NCBI GenBank assembly: GCA_963762255.1
Contig: CAVXKA010000001.1
Span: forward strand, 352,001 to 416,000
Length of the DNA: 64,000 nt
Direction: 5' to 3'
From: Candidatus Eiseniibacteriota bacterium
GTDB lineage: Bacteria > Eisenbacteria > RBG-16-71-46 > JABDJR01
Within the stretch, counting starts at the first letter, position 1. Each line of letters opens with the position of its first letter. The position numbers were made by a program, and so were the translations under genes. Below, in pieces: positions 39,580 through 49,554 of this stretch. The notes beneath the pieces are model-generated. The model was not told where the DNA came from and did not search any database. It saw nothing but the letters and a program-made list of their open reading frames with translations.

Positions 39580-40917
39580 TTACGCCGCCCCGCCGGGGCT
39601 CCTCCTCAACGCCTCGAAGCGCGGGAGACCGTGCAGCGACTCCAGGTCCGAATCGTTCTCCATCCATCCTCGCCACAACTCGCCGTGCACGACGGTCTTC
39701 TCCAGGCAGTCGATCGCCCGCTCGGCGTTGCCCAGCAGGGCGTACACACAGGCGACGTTGTAGAGAACCTGGGGTTCATCCGGGTCGATCGCCAGCGCCC
39801 GCTCGGCCCACTTGTGGGCCTCGTCCAAGCGCTCGCCCAGTTGGCACAGCGCGATCGCGCTGAAGTACAGGGCGCGGGTCTGGCCGGGGTTCACCTCGAG
39901 GTGCTTCTGCGCCAGCTCGACACACCGGCGATATGTGGCGTCCGATTCCGCCTTCAGGCCGAGACCGCGAAGCGCGCTGCCCAGCAGCGCGGGCGCCTGG
40001 TAATCCTCGGGGTCAGCCTCGCACGCGCGGCGAAACCAGTACACGGCGTGGTCCTTCTTGCCCTGCGCGTAGAACCCCCGCCCGAAGAAGTAGTAGGCCT
40101 CGAACAGCGTGGGGTCCAGACGGATCGCGGTCCGGAACTCCCGTTCCGCTTCCTCGTAGTTCTTGCGCAACGACACCGCGACGCCGCGCGCGACGTGCGC
40201 CTCGGCGAGTTCCCCGTCCAATTCCACCGCCCTGCGGCTGGCGCGATCGGCCGCCTCAATGCTCTCCTCGTTCGAGTCCCAAAACATGCACAGATAGGAA
40301 TGACAATCCGCAAGACCTGCGTGCGCGCCGGCGTACTCGGGATCGATCTCGATGGCGCGCTCGAACATCCGGCGCGCGAACTCGATGCTCTTCCGCCTGA
40401 ACTGGCGGAAGTACTGGCGGCCTTGCAGACCAAATTCGTACGCCTCGACGCTGGTGGTGGGCGCCTTGGCGATCGCCCGCCGCTCCTCCTCGCTGAGAAC
40501 GACCTTCAACGTCTCCGTGATGGCCTGCGCGATCTCGGCCTGTATGGCGAAGACATCCTCGATCTCCCGATCGAATCGTTCCGCCCAGATCGTGCGCGCG
40601 CTCTGCGTTTCCACCAACTGCACCGACAGGCGCAGGTGGTTCTTGGCCCGCCGCAGACTACCCTCCAGGACAAACGCCGCGTCGAGTTCGCGACCGGCCT
40701 GGACAGCGTCGATCGGTTTGTCGCGGAGGGGGCGCACCGAGGAGAGCGACATCACCGAGAGACCGCTGATTCGCGAGAGTTCGATGATGACGTCCTCGGT
40801 CACTCCATCGCGGAAATACTCATCTGTCTTCGATCCACCCGGATTCTGGAAATACAGAACGGCCAGGGAGGTTCCGGCCTTGCTCGCTCCCCCGCCCGCC
40901 AACCACGGCGACTCCAT
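39580..40917 (-). CDS. TolB-N-like + TPR repeat protein (no catalytic N-domain)
   Basis: SLAVLYFQN, YFRDGVTEDVI, VLEGSLR, WAERFDREIEDVFAIQAEIA, multiple TPRs, YNVACVYA. Confidence 0.85.
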   Translation of the reverse strand: MESPWLAGGGASKAGTSLAVLYFQNPGGSKTDEYFRDGVTEDVIIELSRISGLSVMSLSSVRPLRDKPIDAVQAGRELDAAFVLEGSLRRAKNHLRLSVQLVETQSARTIWAERFDREIEDVFAIQAEIAQAITETLKVVLSEEERRAIAKAPTTSVEAYEFGLQGRQYFRQFRRKSIEFARRMFERAIEIDPEYAGAHAGLADCHSYLCMFWDSNEESIEAADRASRRAVELDGELAEAHVARGVAVSLRKNYEEAEREFRTAIRLDPTLFEAYYFFGRGFYAQGKKDHAVYWFRRACEADPEDYQAPALLGSALRGLGLKAESDATYRRCVELAQKHLEVNPGQTRALYFSAIALCQLGERLDEAHKWAERALAIDPDEPQVLYNVACVYALLGNAERAIDCLEKTVVHGELWRGWMENDSDLESLHGLPRFEALRRSPGGAA

Positions 40918-41082
40918 GACGACCTCATCCTGCGTGTCAGCCCCACGACGTCTCTCCCGAAAAGGATGTCACGATTCCGGGGGCCTGGAAACGGGAACAG
41001 CGACCACGCCTTCCTGCCCGCGCGCGGAAGCGGCGGGGGGAGCTTCGGGGCCAACACATTACTTTTCTAGTCATTTATCCTC

Positions 41083-41111
41083 TTTACGCTAGCCGATCTT
41101 TATGGTAAATT
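41083..41111 (+). promoter_or_regulatory. Sigma70 promoter with extended -10 for the 41192 gene
   Basis: TTTACG-N17-TAAATT, with TG at 41103-04 and an AT-rich upstream tract. Confidence 0.6.
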
Positions 41112-41191
41112 CTGCGTGATCCTGCGTGTCGCGAACCCCAGGTCGGGGCTCGCCAAGTCGTCCACTTCTCCCCCGTAAAAGGAGCCCCCCC

Positions 41192-41923
41192 ATGCGGATC
41201 GCTAGCCTCGTCACCCCGCTCTGCGCCCTGGCGCTTGTTGCCGGGAGCCTCGCGCCGACCCAGGCGACGGCCCAGGTCCCCACCTGCTGCGTTCTCCCCG
41301 ACAATGGAGGCGGCACGGTCAGCATGCCGCCCAACTGCCCGGAGGGCTACGAGGGCAGCCCGATGGTCATCGTCGACGGGTTGCCTCCCGGAACGACGAT
41401 TCAGTCCCCCGCCCGGCTCGGCAGCTTCTTCAACACCTCCGAGGTTCCCGGTGGAACTCTGGGCGGCACGCTCGCTCAGTACAACGGAACGCTCGATCTC
41501 GACCTCCAAGGCACCGGCACTCTGCTCGGATTCCACCGCGTCGTGGCGATCCCGATGCAGGGCGAGATGCACACGGCACCCCGGGCCCCCGGAAACCCCG
41601 TCCAGAGCTTCGACACGGACATGTTCTTCATGCAGGGCCAGATCACCGGCGACCCCGACTTCGATCTCCTGCGCATCACCGCGGGGACCGGGTTCGGAAT
41701 GCCCAGCCCCGGACACACCACGCTCACCGTCCAGGCCGGCGGTGACTACGCCGTGGACAGCTTCTTCGACATCACGTATCGCATCGATTTCGTCGGCCAC
41801 CCGGGGAGCCCGCTCGGCGGGATGTCCGGTTCGACGACCGCCACGATCCGGATGACGACCTGTCAGTCTCCGGTGCCGGTCCAGCCTTCCACTTGGGGCA
41901 CGGTCAAGCGCCTCTACCAGTAG
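41192..41923 (+). CDS. Secreted hypothetical protein with C-terminal PSTWGTVKRLYQ tail
   Basis: AGGAG RBS; signal peptide ending ATA; beta-rich body (FDTDMFFMQG, SFFDITYRIDF). Confidence 0.8.
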   Translation: MRIASLVTPLCALALVAGSLAPTQATAQVPTCCVLPDNGGGTVSMPPNCPEGYEGSPMVIVDGLPPGTTIQSPARLGSFFNTSEVPGGTLGGTLAQYNGTLDLDLQGTGTLLGFHRVVAIPMQGEMHTAPRAPGNPVQSFDTDMFFMQGQITGDPDFDLLRITAGTGFGMPSPGHTTLTVQAGGDYAVDSFFDITYRIDFVGHPGSPLGGMSGSTTATIRMTTCQSPVPVQPSTWGTVKRLYQ

Positions 41924-41933
41924 CCGCGCGTTC

Positions 41934-41989
41934 GGCGGTGAGGCTCGGCCGGAGGGGCGACAGCTCGACCGGAGACGAGCCTCACCGCC
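41934..41989 (+). terminator. 14-bp stem hairpin downstream of the 41192 gene
   Basis: GGCGGTGAGGCTCG ... CGAGCCTCACCGCC followed by a pyrimidine-rich tract. Confidence 0.55.
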
Positions 41990-42084
41990 TGCTCCTTGCC
42001 TTCTCACACCGCCACCGGGGCCTCGGTGGGGTGACCCCCGCAAACGCTCCCTGTATCATGTCTCCCGCTGGAAGGGAGGCGACG

Positions 42085-42750
42085 ATGGGAAACTCGAAGC
42101 GTACGGCGATCTCGGCTGCGTTGTTGATCGCGGCCATCTCCACCCCCGCGGGGGCGCAAGCGATAGAAGACATCGCGCTGCCCGCGCCGCGAACGACGGG
42201 CGGCAAGCCCCTCATGGACGCGCTCCGCGAGCGCCACTCCTCGCGCGAGTTCAGCGCGGCGAAGCTCCCGCTCCAAGTTCTCTCCGACTTGCTGTGGGCG
42301 GCGGCCGGGATCAATCGACCTGAAACCGGCAAGCGCACCGCGCCGTCGGCGCGCAACTGGCAGGAGGTCGAGGTCTACGTCGTGCTCGAGGAAGGCGCCT
42401 ATGTGTACGACGCGGCTGCGAACGTGCTCAAAGCCGCGGCCGCCGGCGACCTTCGCAAGCAGACGGGATCGCAGGACTTCCTGGGTGTGGCGCCGGTCGA
42501 CCTGGTCTACGTGGCGGACCTGGCCAAGCTGAGCGAGGCGTCGCCGGAGGATCGAATCCTCTACTCGGCCGCGGATGCCGCGTTCATCGGCGAGAACGTC
42601 TACCTGTTCTGCGCCTCGGAGGGGCTCGCCACGGTCGTGCGCGGAAGCGTGGATCGCGCGGCATTAGCTGCCGCGTTGAAGCTCCCGACGGAGAAGCGCG
42701 TCATCCTCGCGCAGACGGTCGGGTATCCGGGAGAACCGGCGAAGCCGTAG
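42085..42750 (+). CDS. Nitroreductase-family (SagB/ThcOx-like) protein with signal peptide
   Basis: RHSSREF, LSDLLWAAAGINR, RTAPSARNWQE, ENVYLFCASEGL, QTVGYP. Confidence 0.85.
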   Translation: MGNSKRTAISAALLIAAISTPAGAQAIEDIALPAPRTTGGKPLMDALRERHSSREFSAAKLPLQVLSDLLWAAAGINRPETGKRTAPSARNWQEVEVYVVLEEGAYVYDAAANVLKAAAAGDLRKQTGSQDFLGVAPVDLVYVADLAKLSEASPEDRILYSAADAAFIGENVYLFCASEGLATVVRGSVDRAALAAALKLPTEKRVILAQTVGYPGEPAKP

Positions 42751-42791
42751 CCTCGCGCAGGCCTTCACGCTCCGAGCTTGACCCCGGGCCT

Positions 42792-43694
42792 TCACGCCCC
42801 CAGCAACGCCAGAAGCGGCGTCAGCGTGAACGGGCAAAGCAGCGTGGTCACGAACACCACCGAGGTGACGAACGAGGGCTCCACCTCGTACTCGGACGCC
42901 AGGATGATGGTGACCACCGCCGAGGGCATGGCCGCCTCGAGGATCCCCGCCTGACGCGCCGGGCCTTCGAGCCCGAACACGCGCGCCGCCGCGATCGCCA
43001 GCACAGCTCCTCCCACCAGCCGCAGCCCCACCGCGGTGAAGAGCGGGCGCGCGCGCCCCGCCCACTTCACGCCTCGCAGTTCGATCCCGAGGATCACCAG
43101 AAACACCGGAATGCACGCTTCGGAGAGGAGCTTCACCGTGCGCGCCACCGGGAACGGGAGATCCCAGCCCTGGTGGGACATGATGAGGGCAGCCGCGACC
43201 GCCCACACGGTCGGCACCTTCGGGAGCCCGAGCAGTGCCGCGCGCACGCCTGCTTTGCCCAACGAGGCGATGAACACGCCGACCGTGTAGGTGAGCACCG
43301 ACGACGACACGAAGAAGAGGCTGGCCTGAGCGAGCCCCGCATCGCCGAACGCGAAGTAGTTCACCGAGAGCCCGATGTTCCCCGCGTTGGGCAGGAGCAC
43401 CACCAGCACCGTGGCCGCGGTCAGCGAGCGCGGCCACCGCATGGCTCGGGCGATGAGGAAGGCCACGCCTCCGAGAACGAGCAGCACCGTGAAGGAGAAC
43501 CCGGCCATCCTTCCCATGTCCCCCAACGGGACACGGCTTTCCAGAAGAACCTGGTACACCAGACAGGGAGAGAAGACGAGGAAGCCGATGCGGGCCACCG
43601 ACCTCGCCTGCACCTGTACGCGGGCGGCAAGCGCGTAGCCCACCGCCGCGGTGAGGATCACCGGAAGAAGGTTATCGACGAAGAGCCGCAGCAT
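42792..43694 (-). CDS. AEC (auxin efflux carrier) family transporter
   Basis: FSPCLV, PNAGNIGL, P.VWAV, IPVFLVILG, EAAMPSAV. Confidence 0.85.
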   Translation of the reverse strand: MLRLFVDNLLPVILTAAVGYALAARVQVQARSVARIGFLVFSPCLVYQVLLESRVPLGDMGRMAGFSFTVLLVLGGVAFLIARAMRWPRSLTAATVLVVLLPNAGNIGLSVNYFAFGDAGLAQASLFFVSSSVLTYTVGVFIASLGKAGVRAALLGLPKVPTVWAVAAALIMSHQGWDLPFPVARTVKLLSEACIPVFLVILGIELRGVKWAGRARPLFTAVGLRLVGGAVLAIAAARVFGLEGPARQAGILEAAMPSAVVTIILASEYEVEPSFVTSVVFVTTLLCPFTLTPLLALLGA

Positions 43695-43703
43695 GCCGCG
43701 GCC

Positions 43704-45152
43704 CTACATTCCCCCGATGGCGGCCCGAGCGGCGGCGTAGAGCGGTCCGGGGACCACGCCGAAGAAGAGGATCCCCAGCACCGCAATCGCCAGCGCGGCG
43801 GCGATGGCCACGTTCGCGCGAGCGAGCGTCGGCTCACCCGCGGGCGCCGGACGCATGTACATGAGGACCACCACACGCAGGTAGTAGTACACGGACACGA
43901 GTGAGGCCATCACGCCGATCACGGCCAACAGCACGTGCCCCTCTTGAACGGCGCTCGTGAAGATGTAGAACTTGCCCACGAACCCGCCGGTGGGCGGGAT
44001 GCCGGCCAGCGAGAACATGAAGATCGCCATCGCGAGCCCGAGCCACGGCTTCGTGAACCCGAGCCCTGAGAAGCTCTCGATCGCGGTGCCCTGCTCGTTC
44101 TCACGGGTCGCCAGCGCCACCACCCCGAACGATCCCAGCGTGGTGAGCGCGTAGACCACCAGATAGTAGAGCGTGCCGATCCCTCCCAGCTCCGTCCCCG
44201 CCACCAGCGACACCAGCACATACCCGGCGTGAGCGATGGCCGAGTAGGCGAGCATGCGCTTCATGTCCTTCTGGACCAGCGCGAGGATATTCCCGACCAC
44301 CATGGTCAGCACGGCGAGCCACCAGACGAGCGCCGTCCACTCGGGGCGCGCCCCGTCGAACGCCATGCCGAGCACGCGCAGGAGCGCGACGAACACCGCC
44401 ACCTTGGGGCCGGCCGCCATGAACCCGGTCACCACCGTGGGTGCCCCCTGGTAGACGTCGGGCGTCCACATGTGGAACGGCACCGCCGAGACCTTGAACC
44501 CGAACCCCACGAGCAGGAACCCGATGCCGGCCAGGAGCAGCGGATTCTGGGCGACGCCTCCCCTGGCGATGTGCGCGGCGATCTCCTTCAAATGCATGCT
44601 GCCGGTCGCGCCGTAGACGAGCGCGATGCCGTAGAGGAGGAACCCGCTGGCGAACGCGCCGAGGAGCAGGTACTTGATGCTGGCTTCGGTGCTGCGCACA
44701 TCCCGCCGCCGGAACGAGGCCAAGACGTACTGCGAAACCGAGGCGACCTCGAGCCCGATGAAGATGGTGATCAGATCGAGCCCGGCCGCCATCGCCATCA
44801 TGCCGCTGGTGGCCAGGAGAATGAGCGTGTAGTACTCGCCGCTCTCCACCTCGTGCCGGCCCGCGTAGCCCGCAGTGATGAGCAGCGTCATGAGCGCGGT
44901 GAAGGCGAGGAGCATGTTGGCGATCTTGGAGATGCCGTCCACCGCCACCGATCCGGCGAACGCCGGCGGACCGGAGGGGGTCATCGCCGCCGCGATCAAC
45001 GCCGCGAGCGAAGCCACCACGCCGAGGGCAAGGAGGCCGCTGCCCGCTTTCCCCCGCCGTCCGGAGGAGACGAGAAGCGTCGCGCACCCCGCCGCGGCCA
45101 GGATGATCTGCGGCAGGATGGCGATCCAGTTGATCGAGACCCCGGTCATCAC
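43704..45152 (-). CDS. nuoN: NADH-quinone oxidoreductase subunit N
   Basis: FIGLE, EASIKYLLLG, FKVSAVPFHMWTPDVYQGAPT, KRMLAYS, SLAGIPPTGGF, YYYLR. Confidence 0.95.
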   Translation of the reverse strand: MMTGVSINWIAILPQIILAAAGCATLLVSSGRRGKAGSGLLALGVVASLAALIAAAMTPSGPPAFAGSVAVDGISKIANMLLAFTALMTLLITAGYAGRHEVESGEYYTLILLATSGMMAMAAGLDLITIFIGLEVASVSQYVLASFRRRDVRSTEASIKYLLLGAFASGFLLYGIALVYGATGSMHLKEIAAHIARGGVAQNPLLLAGIGFLLVGFGFKVSAVPFHMWTPDVYQGAPTVVTGFMAAGPKVAVFVALLRVLGMAFDGARPEWTALVWWLAVLTMVVGNILALVQKDMKRMLAYSAIAHAGYVLVSLVAGTELGGIGTLYYLVVYALTTLGSFGVVALATRENEQGTAIESFSGLGFTKPWLGLAMAIFMFSLAGIPPTGGFVGKFYIFTSAVQEGHVLLAVIGVMASLVSVYYYLRVVVLMYMRPAPAGEPTLARANVAIAAALAIAVLGILFFGVVPGPLYAAARAAIGGM

Positions 45153-46729
45153 TTCACCCCCTGGGCGTGGGCCGACGGCGCCACGTCCATCCGCGTCCCG
45201 TCGTTCAAGATCATCGAGTGTTCATCCCCGCCCTCGGCCGGGGCCGGCGCCGTCACCGGAGCGCCCGCCTGGTCCAGCACGTGCACCACCGAGGCCTCCA
45301 TCGTGTCGAGGAACGGCTTGGGGTAGATCCCGATCCAGAAGATGAGGATGAGGAGCGGCAGCAGGGTCGCGAACTCCCGCCCGCTCAAATCCTTGAGTCC
45401 CTTGTTCTCCTCGTGGAGGACCTTCCCGAACATGACCCGCTGATACATCCAGAGCATGTACGCGGCGCCGAGGACCACGCCGCTCGCCGCAAGCACCGCG
45501 GCCACCCGGTGGGATCCGAACGCGCCCAGGAGGATGAGGAACTCGCCCACGAAGCCGTTGGTGCCGGGAAGTCCGATCGAGGAGAGGGTCACGATCATGA
45601 AGCAGGCTGCGAAGAGCGGCATGACCGCGGTGAGCCCGCCGAAGCGTTCGATGAGCCGCGTGTGTCGCCGCTCGTAGATCATGCCCACGATGAGGAAGAG
45701 CGCGCCCGTCGAGATTCCGTGGTTGATCATCTGCAGGAGCCCGCCCTTCATCCCCTCCATGTTGAGGGCGAAGATACCGAGCATGACGAACCCCAGATGG
45801 CTGACCGAGCTGTAGGCGACGAGCTTCTTCAAGTCGGGCTGCACCATCGCCACCAGCGCCCCGTAGATGATCCCGATCACGGCCAGCGCGAGCAGCCAGG
45901 GCGTGGCCGCGGCCGTCGCCGCCGGGAAGAGGGGCAGGCAGAAGCGCACGAAGCCGTAGGTTCCCATCTTCAGCAGAACGCCGGCCAGGATCACCGAGCC
46001 CGCGGTGGGGGCCTCGACGTGCGCGTCCGGCAGCCAGGTGTGGAACGGGAAGAGCGGCACCTTGATCGCGAAGGCGAGCGCGAAGGCGCTGAATAGCAGC
46101 ACCTCCTGCTTGAAGGTGAGCTGGGTGTTGTAGAGATCGATCAGGTTGAAGGTCAACGTCCCGGTCTGCGCCTTGTAGGCCAGCGCGAGGAAGATGATCG
46201 CCACCAGCATCAGGAGGCTGCCGAACATCGTGTAGAGGAAGAACTTCACCGCGGCGTAGATGCGCCGCTCGCCGCCCCACACGCCGATGAGGAAGTACAT
46301 CGGGATGAGCATGGCCTCCCAGAACACGTAGAACAGGAAGAGATCGAGGGAGCAGAAGACGCCCAGCATCCCCGTCTCCAGCACGAGTAGGAACGCGTAG
46401 TAGCCGCGCGTCCTGTCCTTGACCGCGCTGAACGACGCCAGCACCGCGATCGCGCTCAGGAGCGTGGTCAAGAGCACCAGGAGCAGCGTGATCCCGTCCA
46501 CTCCCAGGTGGTAGCTGACCCCTAGCCCGACGATCCACGGCACGTTTTCCGTGAACTGGAACGCGGCGGTGCCGCGGTCGAACCCGAACCACAGGGCGAG
46601 CGAGATCAGGAACGTCGCCAACGCCACCGCGAAGGCCACCATGCGGTGGGCCTTGGCGGGCATGGGAACGAGCCACAGGAGGAGCGCGCCCAGGAGCGGG
46701 AGGAAGATGATCGTGGAGAGGAGCGGCAT
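45149..46729 (-). CDS. nuoM: NADH-quinone oxidoreductase subunit M
   Basis: LGVDG, FYVFWEAMLIPMY, KVPLFPFHTWLPDAHVEAPT, LLKMG, AYSSVSHLG. Confidence 0.95.
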   Translation of the reverse strand: MPLLSTIIFLPLLGALLLWLVPMPAKAHRMVAFAVALATFLISLALWFGFDRGTAAFQFTENVPWIVGLGVSYHLGVDGITLLLVLLTTLLSAIAVLASFSAVKDRTRGYYAFLLVLETGMLGVFCSLDLFLFYVFWEAMLIPMYFLIGVWGGERRIYAAVKFFLYTMFGSLLMLVAIIFLALAYKAQTGTLTFNLIDLYNTQLTFKQEVLLFSAFALAFAIKVPLFPFHTWLPDAHVEAPTAGSVILAGVLLKMGTYGFVRFCLPLFPAATAAATPWLLALAVIGIIYGALVAMVQPDLKKLVAYSSVSHLGFVMLGIFALNMEGMKGGLLQMINHGISTGALFLIVGMIYERRHTRLIERFGGLTAVMPLFAACFMIVTLSSIGLPGTNGFVGEFLILLGAFGSHRVAAVLAASGVVLGAAYMLWMYQRVMFGKVLHEENKGLKDLSGREFATLLPLLILIFWIGIYPKPFLDTMEASVVHVLDQAGAPVTAPAPAEGGDEHSMILNDGTRMDVAPSAHAQGVK

Positions 46730-48696
46730 CAGCGACCCCCTCCCAGCAGCACGTAACCCATGATCAGGATGGCCCCCACCATGATCGCAGCGGCGTAGTT
46801 GCCGACGAATCCGCTCTGGATCGGGCGGAGGAACCCGCCGACCCCGCGCACGACACGCCCGGCGCCGTTCACCGCGCCGTCGATCAACTCGACGTCCACG
46901 ACCTTCCAGAGGAATCGCGAGAAGGCGATGACCGGCTGCACCACGCCGGCGTTGTAGATCTCATCCACGTAGTACTTGTTCCAGAGCACCTTGTACATGC
47001 CTGCGAAACGCGCGCCGATGGCCTTCGCCCGGCCCGGCTTCACCACGTAGGTCTGCCAGCCGAACCACACGCCCAGGATCGCGATCGCCACCGAGAAGGC
47101 CATGAGCCCCAGTTCGAGGCCCATCGAGTGGGCCGCCGCGTGCACGGGCGCCGCGCCCTCGGCGCCTTCCGCGCCGTGCGTCGCTCCGTGTGCGCCGACC
47201 AACGGCCCCAGCCAGTTGTGCATCGCGTTGGCGCCGACCAGGAGCGGCAACCCCAGGAACCCGCCCACCGTGGACAGCACCGCGAGGATCATGAGCGGCA
47301 CCGTCATCACCTTGGGCGATTCCTTGGCGTGCTCGTAGACGTGCCGGTCGCGCGGCTCGCCGAAGAACGTCATGGCCACCGCGCGCGTGATGTAGAACGC
47401 GGTGAGGAGCGCCGCCGCCGCGCCCACCACCCACAGCACCTTCCCCAGCCCGCCGAGGCCGCTCGACGTGAACGTGTTGTAGAGGATCTCGTCCTTGGAG
47501 AAGAACCCGGCGAAGATCGGCACTCCGGCCAGGGCCAGCGCTCCGATGATGAACGTGTTCTTGGTGATGGGGAGCTTCTTGCCGAGCCCGCCCATCTTGC
47601 GCATGTCCTGCTCGTGATGGCAGGCCTCGATGACCGACCCCGATCCGAGGAAGAGGAGCGCCTTGAAGAACGCGTGCGTCATGAGGTGGAAGATCGCGGC
47701 CACGTACGCGCCCGCGCCCACCGCGAGGAACATGTACCCGAGCTGAGAGACCGTCGAGTAGGCGAGCACGCGCTTGATGTCGTTCTGCACGAGCCCGATC
47801 GTTGCCGCAAAGATCGCGGTCAGGGCGCCGATCACCGCCACCGTCGCCAGCGCGGCCGGCGCCAGGGCGAAGAGCCCGGAAGCGCGCACGAAGAGGTAGA
47901 CACCCGCGGTCACCATCGTGGCCGCGTGGATGAGGGCGGACACCGGCGTGGGGCCTTCCATGGCGTCGGGGAGCCAGACGAAGAGCGGGATCTGGGCCGA
48001 CTTGCCTGTGGCGCCCAGGAAGAAGAGCAGCGCGATCGCGGTGGGGAGCGCGGCGCCGGCCGTGTAGACCAGGGGCGCCTTGTGGAAGACCTCGGCGAAG
48101 GTCAGCGAACCCAGCGTCCAGAACAGGAGGAACATCCCGATCAGCACGCCGAAGTCGCCGATGCGGTTGACGATGAACGCCTTCTTGCCCGCGTTGGAGG
48201 CCGAATCCTTCGTGTACCAGAATCCGATCAACAGGTAGGAGCAGAGGCCCACGCCTTCCCAGCCCACGAACAGGAGCAGGAAGTTGTCGGCGAGGACCAG
48301 GATCAGCATCGCGAAGGTGAAGAGGTTGAGATAGGTGAAGTAGCGCTTGTAGCCGGGGTCGTGCGCCATGTACCCGAGGCTATAGACGTGGATGAGGAAG
48401 CCCACACCGCTCACCACCAGCGCCATCACCGCCGACAGCGGATCCCAGAGGAAGGCGACGTTCACGTGGAAGTTGCCGGCGGCGATCCAGGGGAAGAGGA
48501 CCTTCGTGATCGCCCGCTCTCCTACGGGGAGGGCGCGCAACCCGAAGAAGGCGCCGGCGGCGATCACGAACGCGGCCCCCACCGAGGCGCAGGCCAGGTA
48601 GCCTGCCAGCTTGCGCGGCATCCACTTGAGCGCGAGCCCGTTGATGAGGAAACCCAGGAGCGGCAGGATTGGAATGAGCCAGAACGCGTTCAACAC
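46729..48696 (-). CDS. nuoL: NADH-quinone oxidoreductase subunit L
   Basis: GWEGVGLCSYLLIGF, NRIGD, KSAQIPL, WLPDAMEGPTPVSALIHAATMV, HAFFKALLFL. Confidence 0.95.
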   Translation of the reverse strand: MLNAFWLIPILPLLGFLINGLALKWMPRKLAGYLACASVGAAFVIAAGAFFGLRALPVGERAITKVLFPWIAAGNFHVNVAFLWDPLSAVMALVVSGVGFLIHVYSLGYMAHDPGYKRYFTYLNLFTFAMLILVLADNFLLLFVGWEGVGLCSYLLIGFWYTKDSASNAGKKAFIVNRIGDFGVLIGMFLLFWTLGSLTFAEVFHKAPLVYTAGAALPTAIALLFFLGATGKSAQIPLFVWLPDAMEGPTPVSALIHAATMVTAGVYLFVRASGLFALAPAALATVAVIGALTAIFAATIGLVQNDIKRVLAYSTVSQLGYMFLAVGAGAYVAAIFHLMTHAFFKALLFLGSGSVIEACHHEQDMRKMGGLGKKLPITKNTFIIGALALAGVPIFAGFFSKDEILYNTFTSSGLGGLGKVLWVVGAAAALLTAFYITRAVAMTFFGEPRDRHVYEHAKESPKVMTVPLMILAVLSTVGGFLGLPLLVGANAMHNWLGPLVGAHGATHGAEGAEGAAPVHAAAHSMGLELGLMAFSVAIAILGVWFGWQTYVVKPGRAKAIGARFAGMYKVLWNKYYVDEIYNAGVVQPVIAFSRFLWKVVDVELIDGAVNGAGRVVRGVGGFLRPIQSGFVGNYAAAIMVGAILIMGYVLLGGGR

Positions 48697-48700
48697 CGCC

Positions 48701-49009
48701 CTATCCCCTCAGCAAGCTGAATTGGTTGACGTCCACCGTCCCCTTCTTGCGGAAGAGGTCGATGATGATGGCGAGCCCCACCGAGACCTCGGCGGCGGCC
48801 ACGGCCAGCGCGAAGAACACGAGCACCTGACCGTCGGGCGAGTTGAGCGCGCGCCCGAACGCCACCAGCGAGATGTTGGCCGCATTCAGCATCAGCTCCA
48901 CGCACATGAAGATGACGAGGATGTTGCGGCGGAAGAGCACACCGAGCACGCCGATCGCGAAGAGTGCCCCGGCCAGGATCTGGTAGTACGCGACAGGCAC
49001 GGACATCAT
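48701..49009 (-). CDS. nuoK: NADH-quinone oxidoreductase subunit K
   Basis: RRNILVIFMCVELMLNAAN, GQV, VAAAEVSVGLA. Confidence 0.95.
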   Translation of the reverse strand: MMSVPVAYYQILAGALFAIGVLGVLFRRNILVIFMCVELMLNAANISLVAFGRALNSPDGQVLVFFALAVAAAEVSVGLAIIIDLFRKKGTVDVNQFSLLRG

Positions 49010-49551
49010 GACCCTTCCCCCACGCCCACATGGCCTTCGAGCCCGCGGCCGTGCCGGCGGGTGATGGCCACCGCGCCGACGATGGCGACGAGCAACAGGA
49101 TCGACGCCACTTCGAACGGATACATGTACCGGGTGTAGAGAGAGATCCCGATGCTCTCGGCGCTGCCCAGTTTGGGGCCCGCGTTGCCCGGGGCGCCGGA
49201 GAGGACCAGGGTTCCGCCCAGGAAGGCGAGCTGGACCAGCAGGACGCCGCCGAGCACGACCGCCATTGCGCGCTTCCACCCCGTCGCGATGCCCTGCGCC
49301 TCGCCCGACTCCTCGTAATTGACCGAGAGGAGCATGATCACGAAGATGAACAGCACCATGATCGCGCCCGCGTAGACCATGATCTGCAAGACGGCCAAGA
49401 AGGGCGCATGAAGCAGGAGATAGAGCCCAGCGGTCGCCGCGAAGACCCCCACCAGGTTGAGCGCGGCGTAGAGCGCGTTGCGGTGCAGCACCACCCCGAG
49501 AGCGCACGCGACGGCCATGATGGCCATGAGGATGAAGCCGGCTAGAGCCAC
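49006..49551 (-). CDS. nuoJ: NADH-quinone oxidoreductase subunit J
   Basis: QIMVYAGAIMVLFIFVIMLL, YPFEVASILLLVAIVGA. Confidence 0.95.
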   Translation of the reverse strand: MALAGFILMAIMAVACALGVVLHRNALYAALNLVGVFAATAGLYLLLHAPFLAVLQIMVYAGAIMVLFIFVIMLLSVNYEESGEAQGIATGWKRAMAVVLGGVLLVQLAFLGGTLVLSGAPGNAGPKLGSAESIGISLYTRYMYPFEVASILLLVAIVGAVAITRRHGRGLEGHVGVGEGS

Positions 49552-49554
49552 GTC

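Noticed and set aside
42085-42750. SagB/ThcOx-like gene as part of a RiPP cluster
   Set aside because: No YcaO, precursor peptide or other RiPP genes nearby; it looks like a stand-alone nitroreductase.
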